NCBI GenBank assembly: GCA_038893995.1
Contig: JAWAQK010000001.1
Location: 1 to 64,000, forward strand
Reading direction: 5' to 3'
DNA: 64,000 nt
DNA from: Candidatus Thorarchaeota archaeon
Lineage (GTDB): Archaea > Asgardarchaeota > Thorarchaeia > Thorarchaeales > Thorarchaeaceae
Shown: one piece after another, positions 38,630-48,577 of the stretch
Layout: every line of letters begins with the position of its first letter
How positions within the stretch are numbered: the first letter of the stretch is position 1
Notes under the pieces: model-generated
What the model was told of the DNA's origin: nothing
The model's database searches: none
The model's input: the letters and a program-made list of their open reading frames with translations, nothing else
Made by a program: the position numbers and the translations under genes

Positions 38630-39808
38630 TTGCCTAATCTATACTTCGACTATCATTCGTCAAAACCGACTGACCCCAGAGTCGTGGACGCAATGATTCC
38701 CTTCTTCACTGAGAAGATTGGAAACCCATCCTCTCTTCACAGAGTTGGCGATGAGGCCACTGAAGCACTTGAGGCGAGCCGCAAGAACATTGCCGACTAC
38801 ATACACGCAGAACCTGACGAGATCGTGTTCACATCCGGAGCGACAGAGTCGAATAACCTCGCGCTGATTGGTTATGCTCTCCGTAACAAGAAGAAAGGAA
38901 GCCATGTGATAATCTCCGAAGTGGAACACATATCTATCATGAACCTGGCCAAGAGCCTCACCTCAATGGGCTTCCAGGTGACAAGAGTGCCTGTCGATCA
39001 ATACGGCATGGTCCTCCTGGACAAGTTGGAGAGAAGGATACGAAATGACACAATCCTCATCAGCGTGGGATATGCCAGTAACGAGATTGGGACAATACAG
39101 CCAATCAGAGAGATCGGTAAGATCGCTGCTGAGAGAGGGATAGCATTCCACACCGACGCTGTTGCCGCTCAGGGCCTCCTCGAACTGGATGTCAGACGGG
39201 ACAACATCAATCTGATGACTCTGTCCTCGAACGACTTCTATGGTCCCAAGGGCCTTGGCATCCTCTACATGCAGAAGGGATACAGAGTCAACCCGATCAT
39301 CATTGGCGGCGGACAAGAGAGAGGAATAAGATCCGGTACAGAGAACATCCCCGCAATTGTTGGAATGAGCGTGGCGGTAGACATTCTCAGGAAGGAGATG
39401 GAGTCCGAGGTCAGGAGGTTCAGGGCATACCACAGACGCATAACTGAGAGCGTACTTAGCCAGGTTCCATATAGCTACCTCAACGGGCATCCTGAGCAGA
39501 GGCTTGCCAGCAACTCTCATTTCAGGTTCGATGGTATAGAGGGAGAGGCAATACTACTCTCTCTCAAGGACAAGGGAATTTCTGTATCAACCGGATCTGC
39601 ATGCACGTCCAAGACACTTGAGCCATCCCATACACTGATAGCCACAGGTCTCATTCACGAGGAGGCGCACGGCAGTCTACAGATAACGACAGGTCGATTC
39701 AACAGGGATGACGAGATTGATATTCTAATAGAGGCGATACCGGAAGTCATCAGCAGGCTTAGGTCATTGTCCCCGATCTACTTACAGAGGAGAGTGAAGA
39801 CAAGATGA
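38630..39808 (+). CDS. iscS: IscS/NifS-like protein with Asp in place of the PLP-binding Lys
   Basis: GNPSSLH, FTSGATESNN, HTDAV, SSNDFYGPKG, RSGTEN and GSACTS motifs. AGGAGG at 38617-22 precedes TTG 38630. Confidence 0.9.
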   Translation: MPNLYFDYHSSKPTDPRVVDAMIPFFTEKIGNPSSLHRVGDEATEALEASRKNIADYIHAEPDEIVFTSGATESNNLALIGYALRNKKKGSHVIISEVEHISIMNLAKSLTSMGFQVTRVPVDQYGMVLLDKLERRIRNDTILISVGYASNEIGTIQPIREIGKIAAERGIAFHTDAVAAQGLLELDVRRDNINLMTLSSNDFYGPKGLGILYMQKGYRVNPIIIGGGQERGIRSGTENIPAIVGMSVAVDILRKEMESEVRRFRAYHRRITESVLSQVPYSYLNGHPEQRLASNSHFRFDGIEGEAILLSLKDKGISVSTGSACTSKTLEPSHTLIATGLIHEEAHGSLQITTGRFNRDDEIDILIEAIPEVISRLRSLSPIYLQRRVKTR

Positions 39809-40584
39809 AGTCAACCCAGTATTCGGAGAAGGTCCTGGACCACTTCAGGAATCCCAGAAACGTTGGGGTCCTGGAGGGAGACGACGTCGCAGTAGGACGC
39901 GTAGGCAATCCCGTCTGTGGTGACCTGATGGAGGTCTTCATACGGGTCAAGGACGACAGAATCGTGGATGCCAAGTTCAGGACGTTCGGATGTGGCTCCG
40001 CAATAGCGAGCAGTAGCATGACGACGGAGCTCGTTAAGGGAATGACCCTGGATGAGGCCATGAAAGTGACCCGAGAGGACGTTGCGACGGAGCTCGATGG
40101 CCTCCCGCCGATCAAGATGCACTGTTCAAATCTTGCTGCTGATGCGTTGCACGAGGCGATAATGAACTACAGGAGGGCTCACGGCCAGGCCGGCAGCGCG
40201 GACTCAGTCAGTGAAGTCACGACACCCAGGTGCATTGTGGGGAAGGAGCAGTACTTGGGTAAGGGTGTATACACATCGGTCGATGACGTGAAGGCATTCT
40301 CAGGGAAGAGAGTAATGGTGCTCCACACCGGTGACCAGTCACTCATGGCAGCTCTTGAGATCGCTAACGAAACGTCGCGGGTCATCATCGTGACCCCAGA
40401 GTCTGAGATTCATACCTCCGAGGAGATAGGAGCGAGGCTTGAGGACCCGAGAATCAAGATAATATACGAGTCCAGGCTTGCGGAGATAAGGGGCGAGGAC
40501 GAGGTAGAACGCGTGCTCATACATGACGAGAACGAGGACGAGGATCATGAGATCTTCGTGGATGCCGTTGTAATCATAGAATAG
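39805..40584 (+). CDS. iscU: IscU/NifU-N scaffold fused to a thioredoxin-reductase-like nucleotide-binding domain
   Basis: YSEKVLDHFRNPRNVG, NPVCGD, FGCGSAIAS and KMHCSNLA motifs, plus a ~115-aa TrxB-like C-terminal extension. Confidence 0.9.
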   Translation: MKSTQYSEKVLDHFRNPRNVGVLEGDDVAVGRVGNPVCGDLMEVFIRVKDDRIVDAKFRTFGCGSAIASSSMTTELVKGMTLDEAMKVTREDVATELDGLPPIKMHCSNLAADALHEAIMNYRRAHGQAGSADSVSEVTTPRCIVGKEQYLGKGVYTSVDDVKAFSGKRVMVLHTGDQSLMAALEIANETSRVIIVTPESEIHTSEEIGARLEDPRIKIIYESRLAEIRGEDEVERVLIHDENEDEDHEIFVDAVVIIE

Positions 40585-40773
40585 CACATCTCGAGTCCGG
40601 CATTGGACCTGAGAGTCATTGTATCGGGGACCGCAGAGTCGTACGACTGTCTGTAACACGAAACGGACATTGAACCGGCTGAAGATCACATGAGGAATCT
40701 CGGCGATCATTCGACCATATGTCTTATCTGATACGATGAACAACCCGCAGATCAAGGAATGGAGGTCACCTAA

Positions 40774-41202
40774 GTGTCAAGGACCAGGCAGGGCGACTTC
40801 ATAGACATCCTCATGGTAGGCCAGAGAGGATCCTACAGGACAAGGGAACTCCTGTCGAGACTAGATTACGCGCTCACACCTGAGAACATTGGGAAGATGA
40901 CCGTCAAGAGAATTGTAAAGATGCCAGAAGTCACTCAGGTGGCGTACATAGTCGGTGACGAGAGCCACTATACGTGTGGCAGCGACGAGCCTCTCGTGGT
41001 CCCAGGGATAACACCAGAACTGCTGCTGAGGACGATAGAGATCATCGCCAGGTGCAGCTCGGAAAATCAGCATGTCAGATCGGTGGTGTTGTTGACTGAC
41101 AGACTGAACCGCAGTATAGAGCGATACACAGAGCAGTTCTTTTCAATCGCGCAGCATCTCGGAGTAAGCTGTACTGAAAGATGGTATGTGAGACCAGCAT
41201 AG
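40774..41202 (+). CDS. hypothetical protein
   Basis: GGAGGT upstream of a GTG start. 142 aa with an alpha/beta pattern. Confidence 0.55.
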   Translation: MSRTRQGDFIDILMVGQRGSYRTRELLSRLDYALTPENIGKMTVKRIVKMPEVTQVAYIVGDESHYTCGSDEPLVVPGITPELLLRTIEIIARCSSENQHVRSVVLLTDRLNRSIERYTEQFFSIAQHLGVSCTERWYVRPA

Positions 41203-41347
41203 CCCTACGAAGGACGATTTCGGATGTGGCCCATGATACTGGCACGTGCTAGTAGACTGGGATGATTCTGTCATCACTGATGACCCGACACTGGCATGCG
41301 GTCGTCCAAACGAGCACGGTTAGTATGAGCACGAAGACAGTGCCCAC

Positions 41348-42922
41348 CTAACCATAGATCCTCGAGTACTTGTCCCTGACATATGAAAGGAATGGCTCTG
41401 CGGAGACATCCTCCCCAGTGACCCGTTTCACCAGATCAGCTGGGCACCACATGTTCGACTTGACAAGCACCTCTCTGCCAATCCATCTTGTGACGTACAG
41501 TATGTCGCCCTCACTGATTCTCTCGAAGCAATCAGGAATTTCAGACCTCATCTTCTTGAGCCACATTCCAGCATAGACGTTTCCCAGAGCATAGGTCGGG
41601 AAGTACCCGAAGTATCCACTAGACCAATGGACATCCTGGAGAACGCCATCCTTGTCATCCCGGACCTCGACCCCGAGGTAGTCCTCATACTTCTCGTTCC
41701 AGACCTGTGGCAGCTCATCGATCTGGATCTTTCCCTCGAAGAGGTCTCTCTCTATCTCAAACCGGATTATGACATGGATGGAGTAAGTCACCTCGTCAGC
41801 ACTGACGCGGATCTTCGACGGCGTCACCCGGTTGATGCATCGGGTCACATCTTCAGGGGTGATGTTAGAGAATACGCCGCCAGACAACTCATTTGCCCTG
41901 GGCAAGTAGTGTTCCCAGAACTCTGGCGATCTGCCTATCATGTTCTCGTAGAACCGAGATATGGACTCATGTATACCCATGCCGGCGGCGGTTCCCACTG
42001 GCTGATACTTCCACTCAGGAGCTAGGCTGAGTTCATATATTGCATGGCCGGCCTCATGCATTGCTGTCAACAGAGTACCCATAGGGTCGTCATCTGTGTA
42101 CCTCAGTGTGATGCGAACATCATCGTAGTATCCTGTCGTAAACGGATGAACTGTTTCGTCGATGCGACCGCCGGCGTTCTCAGATCGAGTGTCGTACCCC
42201 ATCAGGTTGACGACATCCTCGGCGATGGCCCTCTGGCGATCTTTGGTCAGATGTCTGCGTATCTTGCTCATGTCAATGTCAGCCGCAATCTGGGAGTACT
42301 TTCGGATCAGTGGTATCAGCCCAGACCTCAGTTCTGAGAAGACCCTAGAGATCTCTGTCGAGCTCATCAGGGGTTCGAAGTCGTCGATTGATGAGTCATA
42401 GGGTCGTTTCACACCCTTGACATCCTGGAGCATCTCGCTACGCCTATAGACGAGACTGAACAGTTTAGAAAGCTCGGGCGCAAACGTATTCCAGTCGTTC
42501 TGATTGCGTGCCTTGCGCCACACATCCTGGGCGATTGCGACCTGCCTATTGATCTCTGCAACAAGATCCTCTGGTAGGCATGCGGCCTCATCATGCGACT
42601 TCCGAAGGAGGTACAGATTCCTCTTCTTCACGTCGTCGCTACCATTGCGGATCTCACTTTCAGCTCGCTTGATGAGGTCACCATACTCCTTGCTGGTCTG
42701 GAGTCGATGTGTCAGCATACCAACCAATGCAAACTGCTCACCGCGAAGGGCGACTCCACGAGGAGGAAGGTAGGTCTGCATGTCCCACTGTAGGAGGGAA
42801 CCTATAGACCCGAGCAACGAGATCTCCTTGGCCCTGCTCATTAGCTCATCGTAGGCGCTTGGCACATCTTTCACTTCCCGCGGAACACGCGTCTTTGCAG
42901 TTGTCATCGCGACGTCTACCAC
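41348..42922 (-). CDS. carboxypeptidase M32 (Taq-type)
   Basis: HPF, DVRIT, HEAGHAIYE, HESISRF, IRVSADE, QDVHW and GYFPTYALG motifs. Confidence 0.96.
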   Translation of the reverse strand: MVDVAMTTAKTRVPREVKDVPSAYDELMSRAKEISLLGSIGSLLQWDMQTYLPPRGVALRGEQFALVGMLTHRLQTSKEYGDLIKRAESEIRNGSDDVKKRNLYLLRKSHDEAACLPEDLVAEINRQVAIAQDVWRKARNQNDWNTFAPELSKLFSLVYRRSEMLQDVKGVKRPYDSSIDDFEPLMSSTEISRVFSELRSGLIPLIRKYSQIAADIDMSKIRRHLTKDRQRAIAEDVVNLMGYDTRSENAGGRIDETVHPFTTGYYDDVRITLRYTDDDPMGTLLTAMHEAGHAIYELSLAPEWKYQPVGTAAGMGIHESISRFYENMIGRSPEFWEHYLPRANELSGGVFSNITPEDVTRCINRVTPSKIRVSADEVTYSIHVIIRFEIERDLFEGKIQIDELPQVWNEKYEDYLGVEVRDDKDGVLQDVHWSSGYFGYFPTYALGNVYAGMWLKKMRSEIPDCFERISEGDILYVTRWIGREVLVKSNMWCPADLVKRVTGEDVSAEPFLSYVRDKYSRIYG

Positions 42923-43077
42923 TGCCTTATCAACAGTCCGGTGTGGTGATGTCCAGAAGGTATGAGCTGGCAGGGTCTGCCGACGAGAGCGTCAATCATA
43001 TGCAGAGTGCCCGCGATGAGCAGAGATAGGGGTTCTGGAAACAAACCATGACGCCTCGTCACGCCGATCGATTGATG

Positions 43078-43959
43078 TTAGACCTCGATACCGAACAGAG
43101 CCCTGACAAGTAGGCCGATCAGAAAGGTCAGACCTGCAACACCAAGACTGATTGCGGATGCCTCGAGAAACCTTTTCCTGAATGGTAGATCCTTGGCGAC
43201 AGAGATGTAGAAGGTAAACACGAGCAATAGCGTCAATGCACCGACGATCGAGGCCACGAGAGACAAGAACACGTTTTCCAGAATCAGGAAGGGTAGTATC
43301 AGGACTGTGACTGCCAAGACGTAGGCGAGTGTCGTATATGCTGAGGCCCTTGTCGGGCTCCTGTCCGCTGCCTCAGACTTCGTTGAGAGATACTCTGAGG
43401 ATCCCATAGACAGAGACGCCGCAATCCCAGTAATGAGACCCACCATGCCAACGAGACGCGATACCTGCAATGCAAACGCGAGACCTGCAAGAGCACCCGT
43501 GAGCTCGACGATCGCATCGTTCAGACCCAAGACCATTGAGCTGACATACTTTAGCTTCTCCTCGTTAACCAACGAGAGCAGCTCGCGCTCGTGCTCAGAC
43601 TCCTGACGAGCAATGTCTCTTGCAAATGGTACCTTCTCGGATATCTTCTCGTAGATCTCAGATGCCCTCTTCTCACCCCGCTCCATAAGCTTGAGACCGA
43701 AAGTGAGACCAAAGAGTCTGATGGTCAGTAGGATCTTCCACACTCTCATCCAGCTTGGTCTTGGCTCAAGACCACTGAGTTCCTTCCAGAACTCATAGTG
43801 TGCCAACTCCTCATCGGACAGACGCTGGAGGACTTCCCTGTTCGCCGCATCCTTGGTCGAAGATGCCAGTCTACGGTAGACGATGTGTTCAGTGAGTTCA
43901 TTCTTCTGGTATTCAGCGATCAACGGTAGCAAGTCTCGGATCAGGGGCTCTGGCATCAT
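43078..43959 (-). CDS. rubrerythrin-like/VIT1-CCC1 family metal transporter
   Basis: N-terminal E..H ferritin-like motifs (EELAH, ESEH). Membrane domain with LGLNDAIVE and ASLSMGSSEYLS. Start uncertain. Confidence 0.9.
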   Translation of the reverse strand: MMPEPLIRDLLPLIAEYQKNELTEHIVYRRLASSTKDAANREVLQRLSDEELAHYEFWKELSGLEPRPSWMRVWKILLTIRLFGLTFGLKLMERGEKRASEIYEKISEKVPFARDIARQESEHERELLSLVNEEKLKYVSSMVLGLNDAIVELTGALAGLAFALQVSRLVGMVGLITGIAASLSMGSSEYLSTKSEAADRSPTRASAYTTLAYVLAVTVLILPFLILENVFLSLVASIVGALTLLLVFTFYISVAKDLPFRKRFLEASAISLGVAGLTFLIGLLVRALFGIEV

Positions 43960-44233
43960 GACACCGTTGACAAGAATTCGATTTATCTGTGACGATACCC
44001 CCTTCGCCACAGCATCCATCTCCCTGCCAAACACGACCTGGGAACATCTCTGCAGGATGCTGCTCTTCTTCAGTCTAGGAGGTCAAGATCGCCGTCGCAA
44101 GGCCCTGCTCATTTACTGCCTGATGGTGAGATCAAAGCATTGACTTGAGGTACAGAGTAGTTGAGGGACCTAGATAGTGTCGGCAAGATGGTGACTGGAA
44201 CGCCAGTGGCGACAGATTTAGGAGGGCTACACC

Positions 44234-45289
44234 TTGTTTGCCTCGACTGTGACAGGACTGACAACGTTGCTAGACAAGATGATCGCTCAGTCTAGGATGA
44301 GAGTCGCTCAAGACCGACAAGACGAGCTCGCGAAAGAACTCATGCGGAATGCCGCTCAGGGACAGTCGCCGCAATGGCTACTGATCTCGTCTATAGGACG
44401 GGCGGCTCAAGACCTGGACATGTGGAACGTGAAGAGAGGAGAGATGTTCTGTGCAACGCGTATCCCAGGAACGCCAGTCCTCACTCCATCAGACGCTCTG
44501 GTCCTGTACGGCGGTCCAGTCGAGTACTTCCATCACTTCCCAGACCGAGTTGGAGCCGTGATGACGTTCGAGATGGACGAGAGCAAGGCGATAGTGGACG
44601 AATCGGTCAGGAATATCACCAATGGCGGTCTGCATGACTGCAGCGTGGTGGCTCTTGAGGTCGACTATGAGTCCGCGACAGTAGAACCAATTGCGTTCAA
44701 TCTTCACGAGCCACGAGAGTTCCCGGGCAGGTTCGTCAGCTATGTCAAGACACCTTCACCTGTGGACGCGAGAGTCCTCGTAGTCATGTGCTCAGACTCA
44801 CGCATCTGTCCTCCCGAGACCCCCGACGGGGTTCCCATGGTCATTCGCACTCTCGGAGGCTATCTCCCGCCATATGCAGATGGAAGCAACGAGACAACCC
44901 TCCTCAATAGATACTTGAGAGTGTGGCTAACGGGCGGACCTGCAGACAAACACATCGTGATAGTTGCTCATGGCGACTTTGGAGGGGGAGGTCAGCCATG
45001 TGGAGCGGCAAGGGCCGCACTCGATCCGTGCGGGGTGCATGGAGAGTGCCTCAGAGCAGTCATCCAGACCATTAGGAATGATACAATGAGATACGAGAGG
45101 ACCGCCATCGTCGATCCGGAGTCCTCTGCAAGATCAATTGCTGAGACCACGAGAAGAAACATCATGTCCTACCCTGCCGTGGCCGAGTCTATCAGAGCAG
45201 GGACCGAGTCTGATGAACTTGTAGGAGTCCTTCTCATGGACACCGTGACAAACGAGCTGTTCCATGCGGATTTGTCAGACTTTGACTGA
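44234..45289 (+). CDS. beta-carbonic-anhydrase-like protein, tandem domains
   Basis: The C-half has CSDSRI, IRTLGG and AH(x9)CGAA. The N-half has GQSP....GEMF without Zn ligands. Confidence 0.65.
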   Translation: MFASTVTGLTTLLDKMIAQSRMRVAQDRQDELAKELMRNAAQGQSPQWLLISSIGRAAQDLDMWNVKRGEMFCATRIPGTPVLTPSDALVLYGGPVEYFHHFPDRVGAVMTFEMDESKAIVDESVRNITNGGLHDCSVVALEVDYESATVEPIAFNLHEPREFPGRFVSYVKTPSPVDARVLVVMCSDSRICPPETPDGVPMVIRTLGGYLPPYADGSNETTLLNRYLRVWLTGGPADKHIVIVAHGDFGGGGQPCGAARAALDPCGVHGECLRAVIQTIRNDTMRYERTAIVDPESSARSIAETTRRNIMSYPAVAESIRAGTESDELVGVLLMDTVTNELFHADLSDFD

Positions 45290-45439
45290 GTCAGTCCAGT
45301 CCGGAGAGATCTCATACCGTGGGGCCCAGAGAGACAGGGTCGATCAGCGGTGCCAAGACGCGCAATGTATTTCTGGTCACGCTGCTCTCTCAAGAGAGAC
45401 TTACAATCGATGGCCACACGGGTGGGGGCGCCAGTAGAC

Positions 45440-45829
45440 ATGAGCGTGAAGGAGCCGGAACATCGTTGCGACTGGTGTGGGGCAGAGGTTTCACAGTTTC
45501 GCTATAAGAACGGCAGGAAGGTCTACTGCTCAGGGAAATGCTGGTCAGCAGGAATGTACCCGCTTTTCTTGCCCCTCTTCGTCTTCCTTGTTTCGTTTGA
45601 TGTGCTGATCATGTTGTTCCCAAGTCAGGTAGTGTACATGTTTCTACGATATCAAGGATACAACGGTCCGTTGCCAAGTGAGCTCAATCTGGCACTCTTC
45701 ACTGTGATTGCGCAGATCTCATTACTCGTACTGATGACGCTGTGGACTGGGAACGAGGTATGGATAGGTCGGAAGGTCCGTCGTGAAGTTAGGCAACATA
45801 CAGACAACTTGACGTCACATCAAATATAG
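45440..45829 (+). CDS. small membrane protein with N-terminal TRASH-like Zn finger
   Basis: CDWCG...YCSGKC followed by two hydrophobic helices. Confidence 0.65.
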   Translation: MSVKEPEHRCDWCGAEVSQFRYKNGRKVYCSGKCWSAGMYPLFLPLFVFLVSFDVLIMLFPSQVVYMFLRYQGYNGPLPSELNLALFTVIAQISLLVLMTLWTGNEVWIGRKVRREVRQHTDNLTSHQI

Positions 45830-45905
45830 CATCATTCAGAACTCCGCGATGCGAGGGACAGACATTCCAGCAGATTGTATGATACGCCCGACCTCGCAGA
45901 CCTTG

Positions 45906-46964
45906 TCAGGACCTGGGAAGCAAGCGCCGTTTAAGTTCAGACTTCACGAACTCCTCACGGACAGTGTTATCTGCACCCATCACAAACCGACGCAGCTCTT
46001 CGACCATCGATGATAGACCGTCTGCTGCGCTGATATAGGTGCTCAGGACGGATGATCCATCACGGAGATGTGCTGCGATTGCGAGCGCTGCCATCTCGCC
46101 ACTCTCTATGGCAGGACGGATGCCCTCACCCGAGAGGGGATTGCATAGCCCTGCAGCGTCTCCGACCAGTAGCACATTCTCGGTACCGTAGATTGTGGGA
46201 CCGATGGGAATGGACCATCTCTCATTGTTGAGCCTCTCCCGGCAGATCAGCAGACCCTCTCTCTCCAGCCACTCTCTTAGCATACGGAGGGAGGCTGTGA
46301 TGTTCATTCTGGATCCTGAGAGAACGCCGGTCCCAACGATGACCTTTCCATCTTTAGGAATGAGATACGAACAGGCAGGCGAGATGTGTCTGTCAAATAG
46401 GACATAGAAGTCGCTCTCATAGTTCCCATCGCCATGCCATGTTTCCTGACCGACAATCATCAGGTTGAACTGACATTGTGGGAACAGAACACGTCTGACA
46501 GAGGACCGTGCCCCATCTGCCCCGACGACGAAACGTGTGCGAAACAAGCAGGGATGACCCTCCACTTCACAGGCGACCAAGATGTCATCGGTCTGCTCAA
46601 GTGAGATGAATCTGGTCGAGAACATCACACTCACACCCTCGTCACGGGCCAGGTCGATCAACCACTTGTCGAATGCGTCACGGTCGATATTATGGACCTC
46701 GTACCCATGCATCCTTCCGCCATTTGTCAGACCACTGGGCGGAACATAGGTCAGACCAAGCTGTGGGGGGTACGCACTTACCTCGGGAGGAATGTCTCGG
46801 CCCAAGATCTGTTCGATTATGTCAGGGGCTACCAGAGGAAGTACACCGCCGCAGGGCTTGTGTCTTCCCCGCTCCCCTTTCTCCATCAGGAGTACGTTGA
46901 AACCCTGCCGGGCGCAACACACAGCTGCTGATACACCGCCGGGCCCCCCACCCACTACTATCAC
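45906..46964 (-). CDS. geranylgeranyl-reductase-like FAD oxidoreductase (LipT-like by context)
   Basis: VVGGGPGG, KPCGG, VVGADG and VGDAAG..NPLSGEGI motifs. The frame extends a few codons upstream (YDV). Last gene of the lipoate cluster. Confidence 0.85.
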   Translation of the reverse strand: MIVVGGGPGGVSAAVCCARQGFNVLLMEKGERGRHKPCGGVLPLVAPDIIEQILGRDIPPEVSAYPPQLGLTYVPPSGLTNGGRMHGYEVHNIDRDAFDKWLIDLARDEGVSVMFSTRFISLEQTDDILVACEVEGHPCLFRTRFVVGADGARSSVRRVLFPQCQFNLMIVGQETWHGDGNYESDFYVLFDRHISPACSYLIPKDGKVIVGTGVLSGSRMNITASLRMLREWLEREGLLICRERLNNERWSIPIGPTIYGTENVLLVGDAAGLCNPLSGEGIRPAIESGEMAALAIAAHLRDGSSVLSTYISAADGLSSMVEELRRFVMGADNTVREEFVKSELKRRLLPRS

Positions 46965-46983
46965 ATCGTAGGTAGTCGACAGC

Positions 46984-48576
46984 TCAGCGTCCCCCCATTA
47001 GACCCATCGCAGCAAGCCTCAACAGTACTTGCTCAAGCAGCTCAGTCTTAAGGGTAGTCTGGCTCTCGAAGACACCTATGTAGGCCTCTCGTTCCTTGCC
47101 AAGGTCATAACAGGTAGAATCATCAATGTCGATCAGTATGGCCGGGACTCCTGTGGCGACAAAGTCATCATGGTGTTTGCAGAAGAATCCCTCACAACAG
47201 GACCCCACAAACCCCCTTGCGCCCCTTGCCTTGAACTCGTCAATGGTCGCGATCAGATGCTCGAAGTTCTGAATGGTACGATAGGGCACCCCGATCTTCT
47301 CTATGGTTTCTATCACAGTGCCTACAGTGCAGCCTCCACAGACTGAGCAGCCCTCTTTGCGTCGGTACTCGCACTCGACCAGCTTGGCACAGTAGGGTAG
47401 CAGTACGTAGTCAAACCTCTGCCGACCCAGATGCTCGGGGGAGAAGTTGACGTACATGAGATGGTTGGTCTCATCGAGCGACAGCCCTAGTTGAGTGAAT
47501 GCCTGCTTTCGAATGGCCTCAACTATGACGTCTGCCAACTCTTGTGGCTGAATGCCGACCATCACCGCGCCCGACTCTGCAAAGAATGACTCGACCTCGT
47601 GGCGTATTGTAGACTCGTCAGTGGAGATGTTCTTTAGTCTCGCCTCGAGGTCCATCATGGCCCTCTGAGGAAACACCTGAAAATCACCAGTCAGCAGGCT
47701 ACTCACGATGAAACGACCTGCACTGTCTATAGAGAGAGAGGCTCTCACGAGCCCGCCGGGAGTCTTCCTGACCGCATTTACGTGTCCAGTGGACTCTGGT
47801 CTTCGACGCTCTAAGAAGATCCACTCATCAGACTGGAAGAAGGGCAGGCTCCTCTCATATGTCCGGATCTCTTCTTCAAGCAGGCCACCAGGAACCAGTC
47901 TGATTCCAAGGACGCTCTCGAAGCCCTCTGCGACTGTACTCTTGATCTCAGCCAATGACGGAGTGTATCCAAGTTCTCGTGACAACCAAGTGACACGGTC
48001 TCTCACACTCTCGATCTCCTTGTCCTTCAACTTCTCCATGGGAATCCTCAGTGACTTGAGCATCAGCTCAAGGTCGAAATCTATTAGTAGAGTTCCCTGA
48101 TACATGAAGGACCCGCCTCTCTCGGTCCCTCCGGTCCCCGATATCTTCCGCCCACCTACCTCGATGTCGTTCCTGGGCCTGAATTCTGCACTGACACCGA
48201 GTTTCTTGAGCGCAATTACGACTGCGGAGCAGAGGGTCCGCGCAAGCCAATCGAGGTCCCGGCCCATCTCTGCAATGCCTGGTGTCCTCTTGTCAGCATA
48301 GATCTCCCAGCCAAGACACTTTGGAGTGAACAGTATTGCACCGCCACCAGTTATGCGTCGATTGATGTCGACGCCGGTCCTGCGGCAATAGTCGATCCGG
48401 ATCTCTTGTTCGACAGACTGGTGATAGCCTACAAGGGCAACAGGGGGATTGAACTGTAGGAAGCGTAGTGTATTTGGAGATATGCCGAGACTATGACACT
48501 CCAAAAGAGTGTCGTCCATAGCCATGTTCTGTGCGCCGGTAAGCACACCTGTGTCAAGAAGCCTCCACTCCTTCAT
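46984..48576 (-). CDS. lplA: lipoate-protein ligase (catalytic plus accessory domains) fused to a Cys-rich DUF116-like domain
   Basis: NMAMD, RRITGGGAI, NDIEVGGRKISG, KTPGGL and TGDF motifs, then a C-terminal LPYCAK..C...CSVCGGC..SCC. Start is ATG 48576. Confidence 0.88.
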   Translation of the reverse strand: MKEWRLLDTGVLTGAQNMAMDDTLLECHSLGISPNTLRFLQFNPPVALVGYHQSVEQEIRIDYCRRTGVDINRRITGGGAILFTPKCLGWEIYADKRTPGIAEMGRDLDWLARTLCSAVVIALKKLGVSAEFRPRNDIEVGGRKISGTGGTERGGSFMYQGTLLIDFDLELMLKSLRIPMEKLKDKEIESVRDRVTWLSRELGYTPSLAEIKSTVAEGFESVLGIRLVPGGLLEEEIRTYERSLPFFQSDEWIFLERRRPESTGHVNAVRKTPGGLVRASLSIDSAGRFIVSSLLTGDFQVFPQRAMMDLEARLKNISTDESTIRHEVESFFAESGAVMVGIQPQELADVIVEAIRKQAFTQLGLSLDETNHLMYVNFSPEHLGRQRFDYVLLPYCAKLVECEYRRKEGCSVCGGCTVGTVIETIEKIGVPYRTIQNFEHLIATIDEFKARGARGFVGSCCEGFFCKHHDDFVATGVPAILIDIDDSTCYDLGKEREAYIGVFESQTTLKTELLEQVLLRLAAMGLMGGR

Positions 48577-48577
48577 C

